In this document: positions 50,445 through 63,504 of the stretch, one piece after another | How positions within the stretch are numbered: the stretch's first letter is position 1 | Layout: each line of letters begins with the position of its first letter | From: Glycera tridactyla | Taxonomy: Eukaryota | Direction: 5' to 3' | DNA: 64,000 bases | NCBI GenBank assembly: GCA_965644265.1 | Contig: OZ286462.1 | Location: 29,450,001-29,514,000 of the forward strand | The notes under the pieces: generated by a model | Databases searched by the model: none | What the model saw: only the letters and a program-made list of their open reading frames with translations | Told to the model about the DNA's origin: nothing | Translations under genes and position numbers: made by a program

Positions 50445-51811
50445 GTATATGCAGATTGTTCTCCTCTGATAACCCGGAGAATCTACCTGTCTCCACCGCC
50501 CTTAGATTGTTCCATTGCTTGGCCAAACCTATTCTGACCTACAATGCCGACATATGGCTGATGGATACAGACAAAAAAAGAGAAGCTGGCAAATCAAGAG
50601 CCCAAAAATCTGCCAAAGACTTTGACACCCTCGGTAGTGTGGAATCAACTGTATTTGAACGAATCCATTCACGCTACATCAAAACAGTCCTTGGTGTCAA
50701 AAGAACAACCAGCAGCAACGCTGCCAAGCTTGAAGTCGGCGAACTGCCCCTTGAATATAACATTAATCTACAGAGTTTGAAAAACTGGCACAGGATTCTA
50801 GGTTTGGATGACACCCTGGTACATGAAGCACTTCGCTGTGCAACCAAGATGCACAAAAATAAGATCCATTCCTGGGCATCTTATATCCAGAACATTCTGA
50901 ATCTGACCGACACTGGCCTAAAAGTGGACGATATGTCTGCTGGCAATCAGCCCCTCCCCCTTTGCATAATCAAATCTAATCTAGCTAGGTACCATGGCTC
51001 TATTGGACTGAACTCCCTCAACTCCCCTACTGGAAGAAAACCTGGCCAAGGCAACAAGCTACGCACCTATGCTAAATTCAAGAAAAGTTGTGACTTTGAG
51101 CCCTACCTAAACCATGTTAAGAGTTTTTCAAAACGCTCTGCCATCACAAAATTACGTCTAAGTGCCCACATATTAGAGATTGAGCGAGGCAGATTCACGA
51201 AAGTGCCCGCCAACCAGAGATTCTGTGTCTTCTGTCCTAATAGTGTTGGTGATGAAGTCCACTTCCTTCTAGACTGCAACTACCTGTTACATGACCGTCA
51301 CCCTCTTCTAAGAACTTGCTCAATGAATATCCCCAACTTTGATCATCTACCACCCACCACCCAATTCACATCGATCATGAAGGCCGACATCAAGCCTGTT
51401 GCTCTTGCATTGGGTCATTATTGCTCAACAGGTTTTGAACAGCTGAGGGCAAACATTAGCTCAGAGGGCAAAACATAGTATCAGGAAGAAAATACCTTAC
51501 CCTGTCATTTGCACAAACATGCACAAAACATCCAATGATAATACTCACTCATATATCCATGCAATTCGGCTTATGTCATGTGTATGTGCAATAATTGTTT
51601 GAGTCTGTAAATTGAATTTGAACCACGGTTTAACTCTTATGACTATGTGTGCGACTCGACTGTATACTGTTGAATCTGAATTTGAATATATTATAACTGT
51701 CTATTGGTTTTGTCTAGTTAAGATTTGTAGTTACTTTATTTCATATATTAGTGCCTATGTCATGTATACTTGATACGGCGAAATAAAGTCTTTTGAATTG
51801 AATTGAATTGA
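50445..51811 (+). mobile_element. 5'-truncated RTE-X-like LINE with an open C-terminal ORF2 frame, 3' UTR and (GAATT)n tail
   Basis: 356-codon open frame 50408-51478 with LFxxLxKPILTY..IW, LGVKRTTS, KLRTYAKFK..FEPYL, KLRLSAHILEIERGR, RFCVFC...GDEVHFLLDC (CCHC). AATAAA at 51782 followed by (GAATT)n. Clade assignment is from motif recall. Confidence 0.85.
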
Positions 51812-53590
51812 TATTTATTTCATATGATTGGACAGGGGGTGAAAATTTGGGATCGTAACAGCTTTTTGTTTGGACGTTTCCTTATCCAATGTTTTGAATG
51901 GGATATTCTTGGAATTTTGAGGGGATTTAGGGGTATGACATATACGAAATCATCCCCTTTAAAAAAAAAACATCGAATGGGACACTATTCCATGGAATAG
52001 TGGATGGGGTCAAGGTCGTTTGTGTCGTAACAGGGGCTCAATAAATGTTACGATCTTTTCTATGTTGGATATATTTTTTCTCGCCATCTGACAGGCGCAC
52101 ACTGAGTAAGTTTGTTAAATATAGGGTGTTTTCTTTCATTAGACACCCAATTTGTGAAATTACATTGGGTACGAGCTGAGATATGATTTTCGAAAGTTGA
52201 ATAGTTGGTGTGTGTACTTCGAAAATGGCCATCTCCTGGCGGCTTTGCAATCGATTGATAGCAATAAATCACCGTTTTTCCTCGAATGAGACATGATGTC
52301 CGTGTTCCGTGGGTGTTCAAACATAATGTGACACACTTCCAGGTGTTTCGGAGGAGTTTGGGAATGTTTGTGAAAGAAAGGAGTGGACATACGCGATCGC
52401 TAGCGGGCACCACATTTGCGAACACACCCATTTATGTTTGTATCTCATGCAATAAAAATATTTCTGATTCTGATTCTGGGTTATGCCCGAGGTATGTAAT
52501 TCACCGTTGTCAAATACCATTGCCCTATCACCAACAACTGAACTCATATTCATATTCATAGCCATATCCATTATGACTCATCGTCATCAACTCATCCCAT
52601 TTTAGTATTTTGTTCAAAGGTTATATTTTTTTCATATGACTAGTATTGTATTGTTGTGAATATATATTTTCGTCTAACTGGGAAAACTCTTATATAAGAG
52701 TAACTGTGTTGTGCTTATTGTACACTAAGACGAAGTTAAATAAAGACATACCATACCATACGGATAGTGAAACGGCGCGATCACGTAGTATATGTTGATC
52801 CAAGGATTTGTGTTTATTCGGCCACCTCCCACAGTGGTAGCCAGATATAAGCATGGATCGTAATATAGATAGCTCACTCGCATGGCCCAACTTATGCTGA
52901 TCAGTTGCCGTGTGTTTGTGACTATGGCGCTTCACCATGCAGCTGCATCACGACATGATCAGCAACCCAAACTAGTGGATATCTATTATTGATTTGCTTG
53001 AGTTTCAAAAGTGGATACAAGTTATTTGAGGCGCAATCGATGTCTTCCCGTTCGATGATCTTTGGGGTGTTAAAAATGTTGACCACAGTATTATCCTATA
53101 TATTCAAATGGGGACGTTCCTGTGAATAAATGTTGTCACAGTGATTACACCATTTCACAAAGGACAGCCACCTATGAAAGTGGTTCTGTCTATCCCATCT
53201 TCTACACAATTTATGATGGAATTACTCATTTTTGACAATTTCATGAAAAAAAAAATCAACTTTGTGAGAATCGAGCAGTGCTCTCACACAGTGGTGAAGG
53301 GCAGCTGGGAGACCAGATGAATGAGCAGTTGAGGGTGGTTCTCTATATGAATCTAGTCTGGGTCCATATTGCATTGAAAATTATGCCTAAGTTGCCGACA
53401 TTAGGGCTTACTTCTGTATGTATTATACCAACTCTGAATGAGACTAACTATAGATAAACGTGCCAGGCCAGGCTTCCTTCCACCAGCAGCGCAAGGTAGA
53501 GGAGGCCACAGAGCTGAGCAGTATGGAGAGTGGCCACTGCCTGCACTCAGTGCTGCGCGCCACACACAGTCCACCATGTAAACACAGTTA

Positions 53591-53749
53591 CAGTCGAACC
53601 TGTCTTTAAAGACTGCCTTCGGTCGCATCAAAAAGTGGTCTCTATAGGCAGGTGGTCTTTATAGAGAGGTCATTTACTGTTGAAAATACTACCATCGTCG
53701 CAGCTCAGGGTGGTCTTTATAGAGGTGGTCTTTAGTGCAGGTTCGACTG
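53591..53749. mobile_element. Tc1/mariner-type MITE, complete
   Basis: TA|CAGTCGAACCTG ... CAGGTTCGACTG|TA. Confidence 0.92.
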
Positions 53750-54277
53750 TATATTCAGCACACAGCAGTGGAAACCTCCAATGAAATGAGTAGCACTCCC
53801 TGTCAATCATATTCAACACTGACAGTCATATTTTCAGACAGAATTGTGTGCCCATTTGGCCCATGAATTAGAGATACAGAGGGTCATTATTCAAAAAATA
53901 ATGAGCCATCTCCAATATGACAATGGTTGACAGGGACAAAGAGATTGGCCAGAGTCCTCATGATAGGCGATAAATCAATGGGCAGAAAAGGCAAAAATGG
54001 GGGCCCAGAGTTCGGGCCGACCAATCTGAAGTTCTTATCTGTCAACAGACCCTTTCTTTAGTACTGACAAAGATAGGTCATACACATGGTTCATTACCTC
54101 CTGGGAAACCCCCATGATTCACCCATGCATGGCATGGGACTGGCCTAGTGTAATTTTTTCGCATAGCTTCCAGTAAGTCAGTTATTTTTGGCCTCGCGCT
54201 GTATTGTAACACCCATGAAATGGACATGTTGGGATCATTCAAGACTCACAGTCACTCATGGTGTTATTTTCGGTGTT

Positions 54278-54444
54278 GATTGATTGATTGTTTGAGGTTT
54301 AACGGCATGTATCAACCCACAGGATTATTTATGCCGTGTGTTCCTGCTTAATGAAAGCTAGATGTTCTCTCCCCTGCAGACATCACTCTCACAAACCCTG
54401 AACACAAGATGATGGGGAACCTGATAGCAATGCATTTTTTTTTC
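54278..54444 (-). mobile_element. SINE-like family A, internally deleted copy with 13-bp target-site duplication
   Basis: TATTTTCGGTGTT at both 54265-54277 and 54445-54457. The body jumps from GGGGAACCTGA to TAGCAATG across a shared CCTGA. Confidence 0.85.
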
Positions 54445-54737
54445 TATTTTCGGTGTTAGAAATGTTGACCTCAATATTATCCTGTGATCATCTCATTTAT
54501 TCGCATGGTTTCCACTAGGTCAGTTATTTTTGGCCACTATTGTTTGGTTGGTACTTGTTGATAGTCACGTCAGCTCCATTTGTGCTATATTGTGATAGAA
54601 GTGCAATGGCATAGGTGGGATCATTCAAGACTCCTCCTGAGTCCCCAACAGAAGGAGAGAGTTTTTAAGATTCACTGAGAATCGAAATGTCATTTCTGTT
54701 AAGTAAACATGCACTCTGACAAAAAATGATTAGGAGA

Positions 54738-55041
54738 TTTGTTTGTTCGAGGTTTAACGGCATGTATCAACCCACAGGATTATGTATGCCATGTGTTCCT
54801 GGTCAATGAAAGCTAGATGTTCTTTCCCCTGTAGACATCACTCTCACAACCCCTGATCACAAGATGATGGGGAACCTGAAAGGTTGTCAAATGGAAGTAG
54901 CTGACCGTTCAGACACACCTCTACCTACTCTTCATGAACAAAGTGAATCTAATGATGGCATATCTAACTAAGTAACTGGCTGGAAGCTAACACTCAAGCC
55001 TGATAACAATGCTTTTTTTTTGCAAAGCGCAGCACTTGACA
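54738..55041 (-). mobile_element. SINE-like family A copy
   Basis: (TTTG)n tail followed by the full family core through GCAGCACTTGACA. Confidence 0.85.
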
Positions 55042-56952
55042 TTTGTGCAAATCAGATCTTTTATATATCATCTTGCTCATTACAATGTATATACAGTATA
55101 TATACATTCATACAAATATATCCTGAAAATAAGGATGAATTGTCATAATATAAAGGAGCTTTCTTTGGTCAATACAAATCACTCATCACTGATTTCATGA
55201 AAAGGATGACAATCCGATTTCACGAGATAGTGAGTAGTTTGAAGGTTTCTGAATCGGTGCTACAATGTGCAATAGTTTTTTTTTACCAGTGATGGTATTG
55301 AGATATTCGTTGTTGAGGTTTAAAAGTATGTACCACCCCAGGAAATGTGATGAGATGTATCAGTCTTGTGATTTGCCTGGGCCAGTAAAACATGTACTCA
55401 GGCAAGTTGGTTTTCATGACTACTTGCCGGAAAGACATGTATATATCAGCATAATGGTACACTGGAAATATGATGGACATTCACATTTCAGGTAACAATA
55501 TGTCAGCGAGCAATTGACTTAATGGGCAAGCCGGCTGAAAACAAATATCAGTTGAAGACAATAAACAGAAGATAACATCTCATGATAACAATGAACAAAT
55601 ACAGACTAGTAACCTCCTTACTGAGCAAATGAGCCTAGCTGGCCCGAAGGTTGGTTCAGTGAAGTGTTGTTCGTGTGCCTAAGAGATCTGAGCAAAATCT
55701 AGAGATCAACCGAGAGTGTGGTACCACCAGTTCAGCTTTCAGGCCTAATCATGCAAACATTAATTCAGCTGAGTGGATCTCAATCAGTGCAGGTATTAGC
55801 TTTTGACTGGTGTACTCCAACCCCAATTATTGCTTTTGTGTGACCAGGGTGAGAAAGTGTTGAAGTGTCATACATTAATATGTTTCAGCTGAGAAACCAA
55901 CCAAATGCAACACTTCGGAATCATTGGATGTTGGAATTGCAGAAAAAAAAATCAGAGAAGGTAAGAAATACTTGTGGTGAATCATACTATTGTACCGGAT
56001 ATGTTTTAACTGACAAAAGAAATATCAAACATACATCAAACAATCAAAGAGTGACTGCAGTTTGGGGTCACATACCATCCGGATTGGTCACAAATTTCAA
56101 GATGCCATTTGTTGATCTGCTGAATTGAATTACTGAGGGACAGTTGGCTGCATGGATTTGGGTCTGAGCCACTGAATTATTCGGTGAGAAATGATCTTGG
56201 TCAGTGCGTGAAGAACATTCAGTTTGTGCGAGACTCACATTGCAGTGTGCATATGGCCCTCCACAATCCATTGAGAAAACTTCTGTATTGCTTGTGTATA
56301 TAGGAAGGCTGTGTTAGTTCATCGGATGGCCACATTGTTCTTCAATATCACTCATCTGGGATGCAGCACTAAATGATCTTCACAGTAATGGTTCATGGGT
56401 TCATTGTGTTATGAGCTGATGAGTGAATCAATCACAGCCTTGGCGAGATTATCCATACTTCACCATAGCTGTTATTTCACATAGAAGTATGACAGCTGCA
56501 CATCAATCGGGCAATATTTGCTCACTCAAAGCAGGATTCGCAATGTACAGGTTGTAACCTGAGTTTTGACTACTCATCTCCACTATAGCTACTGCTCTTC
56601 AAGACTATTTGGCTTGCACAATGTGTAGTCAGTTTAGGAAAGTTGGACACTGAGTGACTTACAATATAGCAGGCCAGTGGGATAATTTGATGAAGGTGCA
56701 AGCTGAAGTATGGAAATATCACAGCTCTAAAAACCATACCCTGTCAATATTAATGTAGCAATGACACAATGACATCTCATTTAACAATGTCTGATAAAGC
56801 AACACTTGCAATGATGAATACACTAGCCAAAACACACTTCAAACACAACTTGACCTGTAACATGAGTTAAGTTTCCACAAGGTTGTTTGGTTGAGCTTTA
56901 AAAGCATGTATTGACCCAGAGCATCGGGTATGTCACGATTTTGATAGTTTTC

Positions 56953-57043
56953 CTAACTTTCTGTTTCAGCCGATGATGATGTAGAAACATAGTCGACTGC
57001 ACTGAAGTCAATAAGGACTTGTCGGTTCTTTGGTTTCATCTGA
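56953..57043 (-). CDS. DCTD: dCMP deaminase, last coding exon (91 nt)
   Basis: TATGTTGCAG|T acceptor, phase 2. Gives (T)QMKPKNRQVLIDFSAVDYVSTSSSAETES*, matching the ...PKxxxIxIDF C-terminus of DCTD. TAG at 56955-56953. Confidence 0.85.
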
Positions 57044-57101
57044 CTGCAACATATGAAATACCATCATGAGACACTAGAATGAATGGCAAGTGACAGCTAT
57101 G

Positions 57102-57156
<55 letters not shown>

Positions 57157-57922
57157 TGCATGGGCAACAGGTCCATGAAAAGTGTCAAATGCCCAAAGCA
57201 ATCACAGCCTTTGAGTACGGCACCAACTGCCAGCAACACACTGCCAGTGCTCCTTACTGCTACTCTACCAAGACACCCACACAAAAAGGGGAGCTCAGTG
57301 AGCAGCTATGAGGCTAGCACTGACAATGCATCACCCCCAGCAGTCATGGAATCATGNNNNNNNNNNNNNNNNNNNNNNNNNNNNNNNNNNNNNNNNNNNN
57401 NNNNNNNNNNNNNNNNNNNNNNNNNNNNNNNNNNNNNNNNNNNNNNNNNNNNNNNNNNNNNNNNNNNNNNNNNNNNNNNNNNNNNNNNGTAAATCACATT
57501 GAACGATCCTAACTAGTATGAGCAATGAGCTTCTTGGTTAAGCATAGTTTTATGTGGCTAGCACAAGCATCACTATGAAATGTACATGCACATGCAATGA
57601 CACCGAGCTCCAGAATTATTAGATCCAATTTATAGAAGAACATTTACCACACAACACATATCAGACTAGTGCCAAATTATGCAACTGATGCAGGATTATA
57701 GGAGGTGAATGATTGGTTTGATGGTTTGTTCTGCTTTCACCGTCACATCAGATCAAGCTGTGCTATATGAACTCTGATGTTTTGTGATCAGGTGTATATC
57801 TCAACCATGGCATTTGGTATGCCTTGTATTTCATATGTAGATAATTCATGAGTAGATAATTATTTGTTCCAAGCATCGACATGTGTAGTTCACTCATATA
57901 TGGTACAGACATAACTACTCAC

Positions 57923-58136
57923 GTGTATTTGACTCCAGCCAAGTCTAAGAGTTTGCGTGAAGCAACCATCTCTGTCTTATTATGGTATTTATCAGACATG
58001 TAGATGATTTCCTTAATGCCTGACTGGATGATGAGTTTGGCACACTCATTGCATGGGAATAACGCAACATATATTGTGCAGTCTTTGACATCAGCTGAGT
58101 TCTTGTTCATGATGGCATTCATTTCAGCGTGACACA
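57923..58136 (-). CDS. DCTD: dCMP deaminase, catalytic exon (214 nt)
   Basis: TTTTTGCAG|TG acceptor, phase matches the previous exon. Contains the zinc-binding HAE and PCxxC motifs ([12 protein letters not shown]...[16 protein letters not shown]). Phase-2 donor AC|GTGAGT. Confidence 0.97.
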
Positions 58137-58851
58137 CTGCAAAAAAAAAAATAATCTATACCGAACAGAATGAGGACTGGTACCTTCCAATTTTGTAAAA
58201 CCCCATCCCTACCAACATATTCACTAACTATCCACAATCTCCACAGGACAACAGAGATAAAACACATGTAGAATATGTTTTGCACTCAAATGCACTCTTG
58301 TACAATGCAAAGAAGACTTCTTTCAAGGGGGGTGATGACCCAGTGTCAAAATAGAGCCTTCAATGGCACATCTGCAGAAGAGGAACATGCCTACCAAGGA
58401 AAGTTAGATGAGTATTGTCAGGTCCACTTTCCAACTATATCATACCTTGCTAAGCTACCTGTATTCACATGAATGGACCTGCGACCTCCAGCAATGCAAA
58501 GTCGAAATAGTGAGAATAATAAAAAGTGCAGTGCATGAGTAAATTGAACTTGTTCACTTCTATCATATTGAAGGATTCAAGTGGCGTTGATGACATGAGC
58601 TGAAAAGGATTGATACATGAACCACACATGAACGTTCTGATTGTATCAATAACTGGTATCTTGAATCAATTATCGGCTCACTCTTATCACCTGCTATGAT
58701 AGAAGACATACCCATCAAGATAGCACCATTAAACATTTCCCGTTGGGGCATGCTTTTCTTTCTATTTGCAAATCCATTTTGATGTAAACTTCCAGTGTCT
58801 TTGATGAATATTCCATAGAAAGCAGATATCAATTGATGTGACTGTACATAC

Positions 58852-58987
58852 CATAGAGATGTTTGGTGTCTAGTTTGTCATCAGCAACACGTCGCCATGG
58901 CAATATGTCATCACTGCATCCATTGGGCATGCCATTATAGCCTATACCCACAATCTTGTTTTCCTTGTTGACAATACATGCTCCAAC
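58852..58987 (-). CDS. DCTD: dCMP deaminase, internal exon (136 nt)
   Basis: TTATTGTAAG|GTT acceptor; [45 protein letters not shown]; phase-1 donor G|GTATGT. Confidence 0.95.
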
Positions 58988-61249
58988 CTTACAATAAGAA
59001 CACAAATTATGGGATGAAGTATTTTGTCACAACTGATGTATATCTTGTGGCTCAGCCATGAGACAATGTCTAATATCCTGGCTGACTACGCATAACCACC
59101 AAAATGCATAAAAGGTCTGTCGTAGCTGTACAAAACAGGCATGTTCGTTACACTGAGGCCATTTTCAATTATTTGCAGCTGGGCTGCATATATTACATAT
59201 GCTCTGATCTGGTATCAGCAGCATAAGCCAGGAAAAGTAGCCCAGGTGCAGAGAGCTCAGTGTAGAGATGCCAACCTTTGAAGATCAAATATAGTGATTA
59301 TGTTAATTTCCAAGACTAATGATTGCATCAAATACGGGAATTCTGAATTTCTTGGGAGTGATACAATGTGTGAAATGCCAATATTTCTGCTTAAAAAGAG
59401 TAATGATAACTGCAAAAACGTAATTGTTGGCATCTCTGTTAGTGGGATATAAAGAATAAAAGGGACCAGAATATCGATGGCTCAGCGCAATACTAGGCTA
59501 ACTCACTATAGACAAAGAGAAGAGTTAGCCTAGTATTGCGCTGAACCATCAAGATGATAGCATGATTTTGGTAGAGAATGCTTAAAGACAGATGACAGAC
59601 TACCGGAAGTGTTTCTGATTCCCAAACCCAAAGCTGTTGGAAAGAGTAGTGATGATGCCGCACCTTGGCCACATCATCCCGATGGCAACATTATCACATG
59701 GATGTGACAATTTCAGTGAAGTATCAGGTGTTGAGTATCGCGTGTGATACTTCACAGCTGAGCGAGAACTACTTTTTGATGATTTATCCCATGATCCATG
59801 TGATAAAAGCAAGACTAAATGACCGTGAGGTGAAAACACAATACCAAACTTGATGTGAATTTCACCAGGTGTCACAAGGCCGAAGGCATTTTTACTTCAC
59901 GGCCATATAGTCTTGCTATACTTCCAACTAAATGTGCCACGCCAATTGATGGCTGCCATCACCTCACACCCTGAACTCTCACCCTATCCACGGCTCCATG
60001 TCATATCTTCATAACTTGCTCAGGTCTATCGAATACAGGTTTAATTGAACTTGCAGTTGATATTCAGCAGTTACCATGCATAGTGCATGGGTTAGCCTTG
60101 CATCACTCAGGTACCCCATAGTCACGTGCTTGGGCATTCCACACAATAAAAACTTGTGAGAAGCGATAACATGTATTCAAGAAAGTACATCTCAGCAAGC
60201 ATTAGTCTAGTACATAAAACAAGGGTTGATTATAGTATATTTCTTTATTTTAAATCGTCATACAGATGTATATAAACAATTGCCCCAGGGATGAAGGATA
60301 TTCCATGGTAAATATCCCCCACTGTCCCAGAGTCGAGTTGGGTGGATGTGGTGAACAAATATCCGAAACTGAATACAAGAGATTCTGAGAACTATCATGT
60401 ACATGGCAGATAAGGAAATGACTTGTGCAAAAATGATGGAACACATTCTGAGGAAGTGAATAAGTCTTTATTGACATTGGAACAAACGTAGCAGTGAAAA
60501 ACGACGAGTGATATGTGTTTGTAAGAGAATCTCCACATCAAACTATCAAATTAATCCATCATCAGTAAAACATCAAAGACAGGGAAACATACAGACAGCA
60601 CTCGACAAGAGCCTAGCTCTATTCCCATCACTTTTTCCCCTCTACAGATGTCTCGCCCAGCTTTGGTTCACTCCCATCCAAATAGTGCATAATGAATTGT
60701 ATACATGCCAAATCATTAGGATCAGATATTACAAATGTAATTATCAGTGTCATCGATATCTCAAAAGAGAAATACTGCTCGCTCTATGTAGAGTAACACA
60801 ATTTACACCCAGGTATTTTAATACTAGAGCATTTCACATGACATAAGGTGGAACATGCCATGAAGTGACTTCCACCTGTTTTCCCATTAATGCAATAGAA
60901 ATCACCGTGAATGTGAGGTACGATCCCAAGTGCCCATCGGTGATCATAATGATATATTCAAATTTTTGTCATCATTATGGTCAAATGTGACCATTCCACT
61001 ATACATCTCATATGCTTGAGTTGTCACAAATAAAGAACCAACTCATTCAGTCCGTGACTCACTGAAGGATTGTTAGTATATGACTTCGAACCAAGAAACT
61101 ATGCACGTGGGACATCTAACCATGTAACTTGCAAGGAACTTGTAATGCTTCAACATGCAGACAATTGTGCTGCCAGAACAATCCCCATGAAGGATAGGAC
61201 TATTCCCAATCTTACCCTTCATGAAGAGTGAAATTTAATACTCTTAAAA

Positions 61250-61480
61250 TTTCGCAGGTTGAAGCATTCGGCGGTCTTTGTGTACAAAATGTCAAACTGT
61301 GAAAACACACCAGGACATATCAAAAACATGTGCTCATATATTAGCAGTGCGCCCAACAGAACAACGAGAGCTAGTACACAAAAATGCCTCCAGGTCCCAT
61401 GGCTGAGATTAAAGAAATCTCAAGGAAATCTTATTAATTGAGGACCAACAATTTGGAACCAAGTGAAAAAAGAACCGTGG
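61250..61480 (+). mobile_element. CR1/L2-group LINE 3' end remnant
   Basis: TTRASTQKCLQVPWLRL...*GPTIWNQV resembles the TR...LxVP...GPxIWN ORF2 tail. Confidence 0.55.
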
Positions 61481-62699
61481 CAACTAGGAACAGTCACTTA
61501 ATTTATTATGTAGAATATGCACCGGGATGAGGTAGTGCAGACTCCACAAATCATCACTTTTTAAATTGTCTTTTATTCCACTCATACAGGAGGTACAAGT
61601 ACCATATCTGCCATATACGAGTACAAATTCACAATTCAGGGTGAGAAGGCTGAGTGTGAGAAAGTGAATGTCAGAAAGTAATGGAGAAGGGATAGGTATG
61701 GTAAACTAGTATAGAACAGACATTAAGATTGTAGAGTGATACATAGAAGCAAAACAGAGAGGTCAAGAAGAAATGGTGTATAGTTCCTACAGTATGTGTC
61801 AAGATTTATCTAGTTTTATCACTAATTTCCCTGTACCGTATAAGGTAGTTGTGCATATGGGTGAATGAAATTCAGCATCATATTAAAAGCCAGACAGAAA
61901 CTTAGAAACAAGTTAAGATAATGTGAATTCCCATCATGATATAAAAAAATTGTAGATCCTTAAGACAACACAACCTCTGTTGAATCTTTGCCCTAGGTGA
62001 AAATGCGTTGACACTTAGATGATGGTCCTCAATTAAAGGCACATCTATAAAGTTCGATAGTGGTGTCGGTGATTGATTGAATGAGTAAGTCTCTTCAACC
62101 CAGGCAGGATTATTCAGGACTCACAGCATATTTGCAGGCTCTAATTTTTGCGCTAAAGCAAGAAAATTTCCGCAGTATGACAGTTAATAGGAAGGCTATC
62201 CCAATATGTAGAACTTGAATGGAAGAAGCATCTGTCTGAGAGTTTCAGTCGATTGAATGGGACCTGCAGAAAATTCCCCACAGTGCACCTAGTGACTAGT
62301 GGATCTCCCTATACCCAGCTTTTCTGCAAACAATTATCTTTAGCCAATAGGGCAGTCAACACCGCATATTTCAAAAAGCTTAAGGTGACAGAACATTTCC
62401 TGATGCTTGACCAACGGTATCAACTTCGCCTGTTTGAATAACACTGATGAACTGGCCCATCTGTTTTCGAGCAAGACTACACGGAGTGCAGAGTTGAAAA
62501 CTCTGTCCAATTGAGTAGATTGTTCCCAGGAGAGGCCATTTTAGACGTCAGAATACGTGATCAATGGTAAGATCTTTCATTGAACTAGGATTCAGTGAAT
62601 GTGCGTGAGTTTATTTATCGTTTTGGATATGACTGTTCGCTTTTTCATGACTGTATTCTTGTGAAAGTATGTGAAATTTTGAAATGTAACGCTGGAAGC

Positions 62700-62830
62700 T
62701 AGTACATAAAAAGGCTGAATCCCTGAGTCACTAGGACAATATGGGCTTTCCTCAATACCTCCTCTCCAATCAAGGGAGGGGTGAAATAAGGGTCCAGGCA
62801 TGCACAGATGGCCTGATGATTCTAGTTCCG
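62700..62830 (+). mobile_element. Highly degraded LINE RT remnant
   Basis: FLNTSSPIKGGVK*GS resembles the GVxQG RT motif; little other support. Confidence 0.3.
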
Positions 62831-63272
62831 GCGACAAGGCATCCTCACTACCAATGGTAACCAATAGGGGTGATACTTTATATCTCAATTTTCATATCGA
62901 TCCGTCACTCTAGGGCTCTTCAAAGCTTCCATACACATCAATTGGGAAACCGGTCACCACCATGTAGAATATGGGAATAACTGTACAAGAGTGAACTCGG
63001 AAAATTTTGGTTTGAAATTAGGAACGTTCTGGATGTGTGCTGTGAGTGATCATATGCAGGGTAATGGCAATTAGGCTGCCCCTGCCCCTCCTCCAGACAG
63101 GACCCCTGTGACATTGGTATGTGGTTATTACCTCACATCTCAAGATCACTGATAAGTCGGTGAGAGTGAAATTATATATGTGAATGCCATCAACCCTTTC
63201 CCAACTAGAAATTTCTATATGATACTCAACATCTGTCACTGGCCATCATTTAATTAAGTGGATAAAAACATC

Positions 63273-63453
63273 ACAGCATCAAATCTGTCTATTTAAGCCA
63301 CCCTTGGTCATCCCAAAAAATGGTCTTCGCAGAAAGGGTGCCTGTGCAGATATCATTCAAGTGTGTAAAATACTCTCATGATCATCATTCAGGGATGGTC
63401 TTTGTAGACAGGTGGCCTCAGTACAGCAGTGGTCTCTCAAGCAGATTTGACTG
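63273..63453. mobile_element. Tc1/mariner-type MITE, degraded
   Basis: Right TIR CAGATTTGACTG|TA; internal GGTCTTTGTAGACAGGTGG. Confidence 0.65.
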
Positions 63454-63504
63454 TACTCTTGTCATATTTTGCATGAGTCACATCATTAAACATGTCTACA
63501 ACAT

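Larger units (their letters stand above)
7794..57487. other. Eleven assembly gaps (N runs): 7794-7985, 9606-9830, 12436-12676, 15052-15210, 17141-17269, 22556-22684, 28002-28155, 34429-34571, 37196-37355, 38522-38665, 57357-57487
   Basis: N characters in the sequence. Confidence 0.98.

Noticed and set aside
55283-55480. KTNLPEYM resembling a flavin monooxygenase motif
   Set aside because: Only a few residues match, with no supporting context or other FMO exons.
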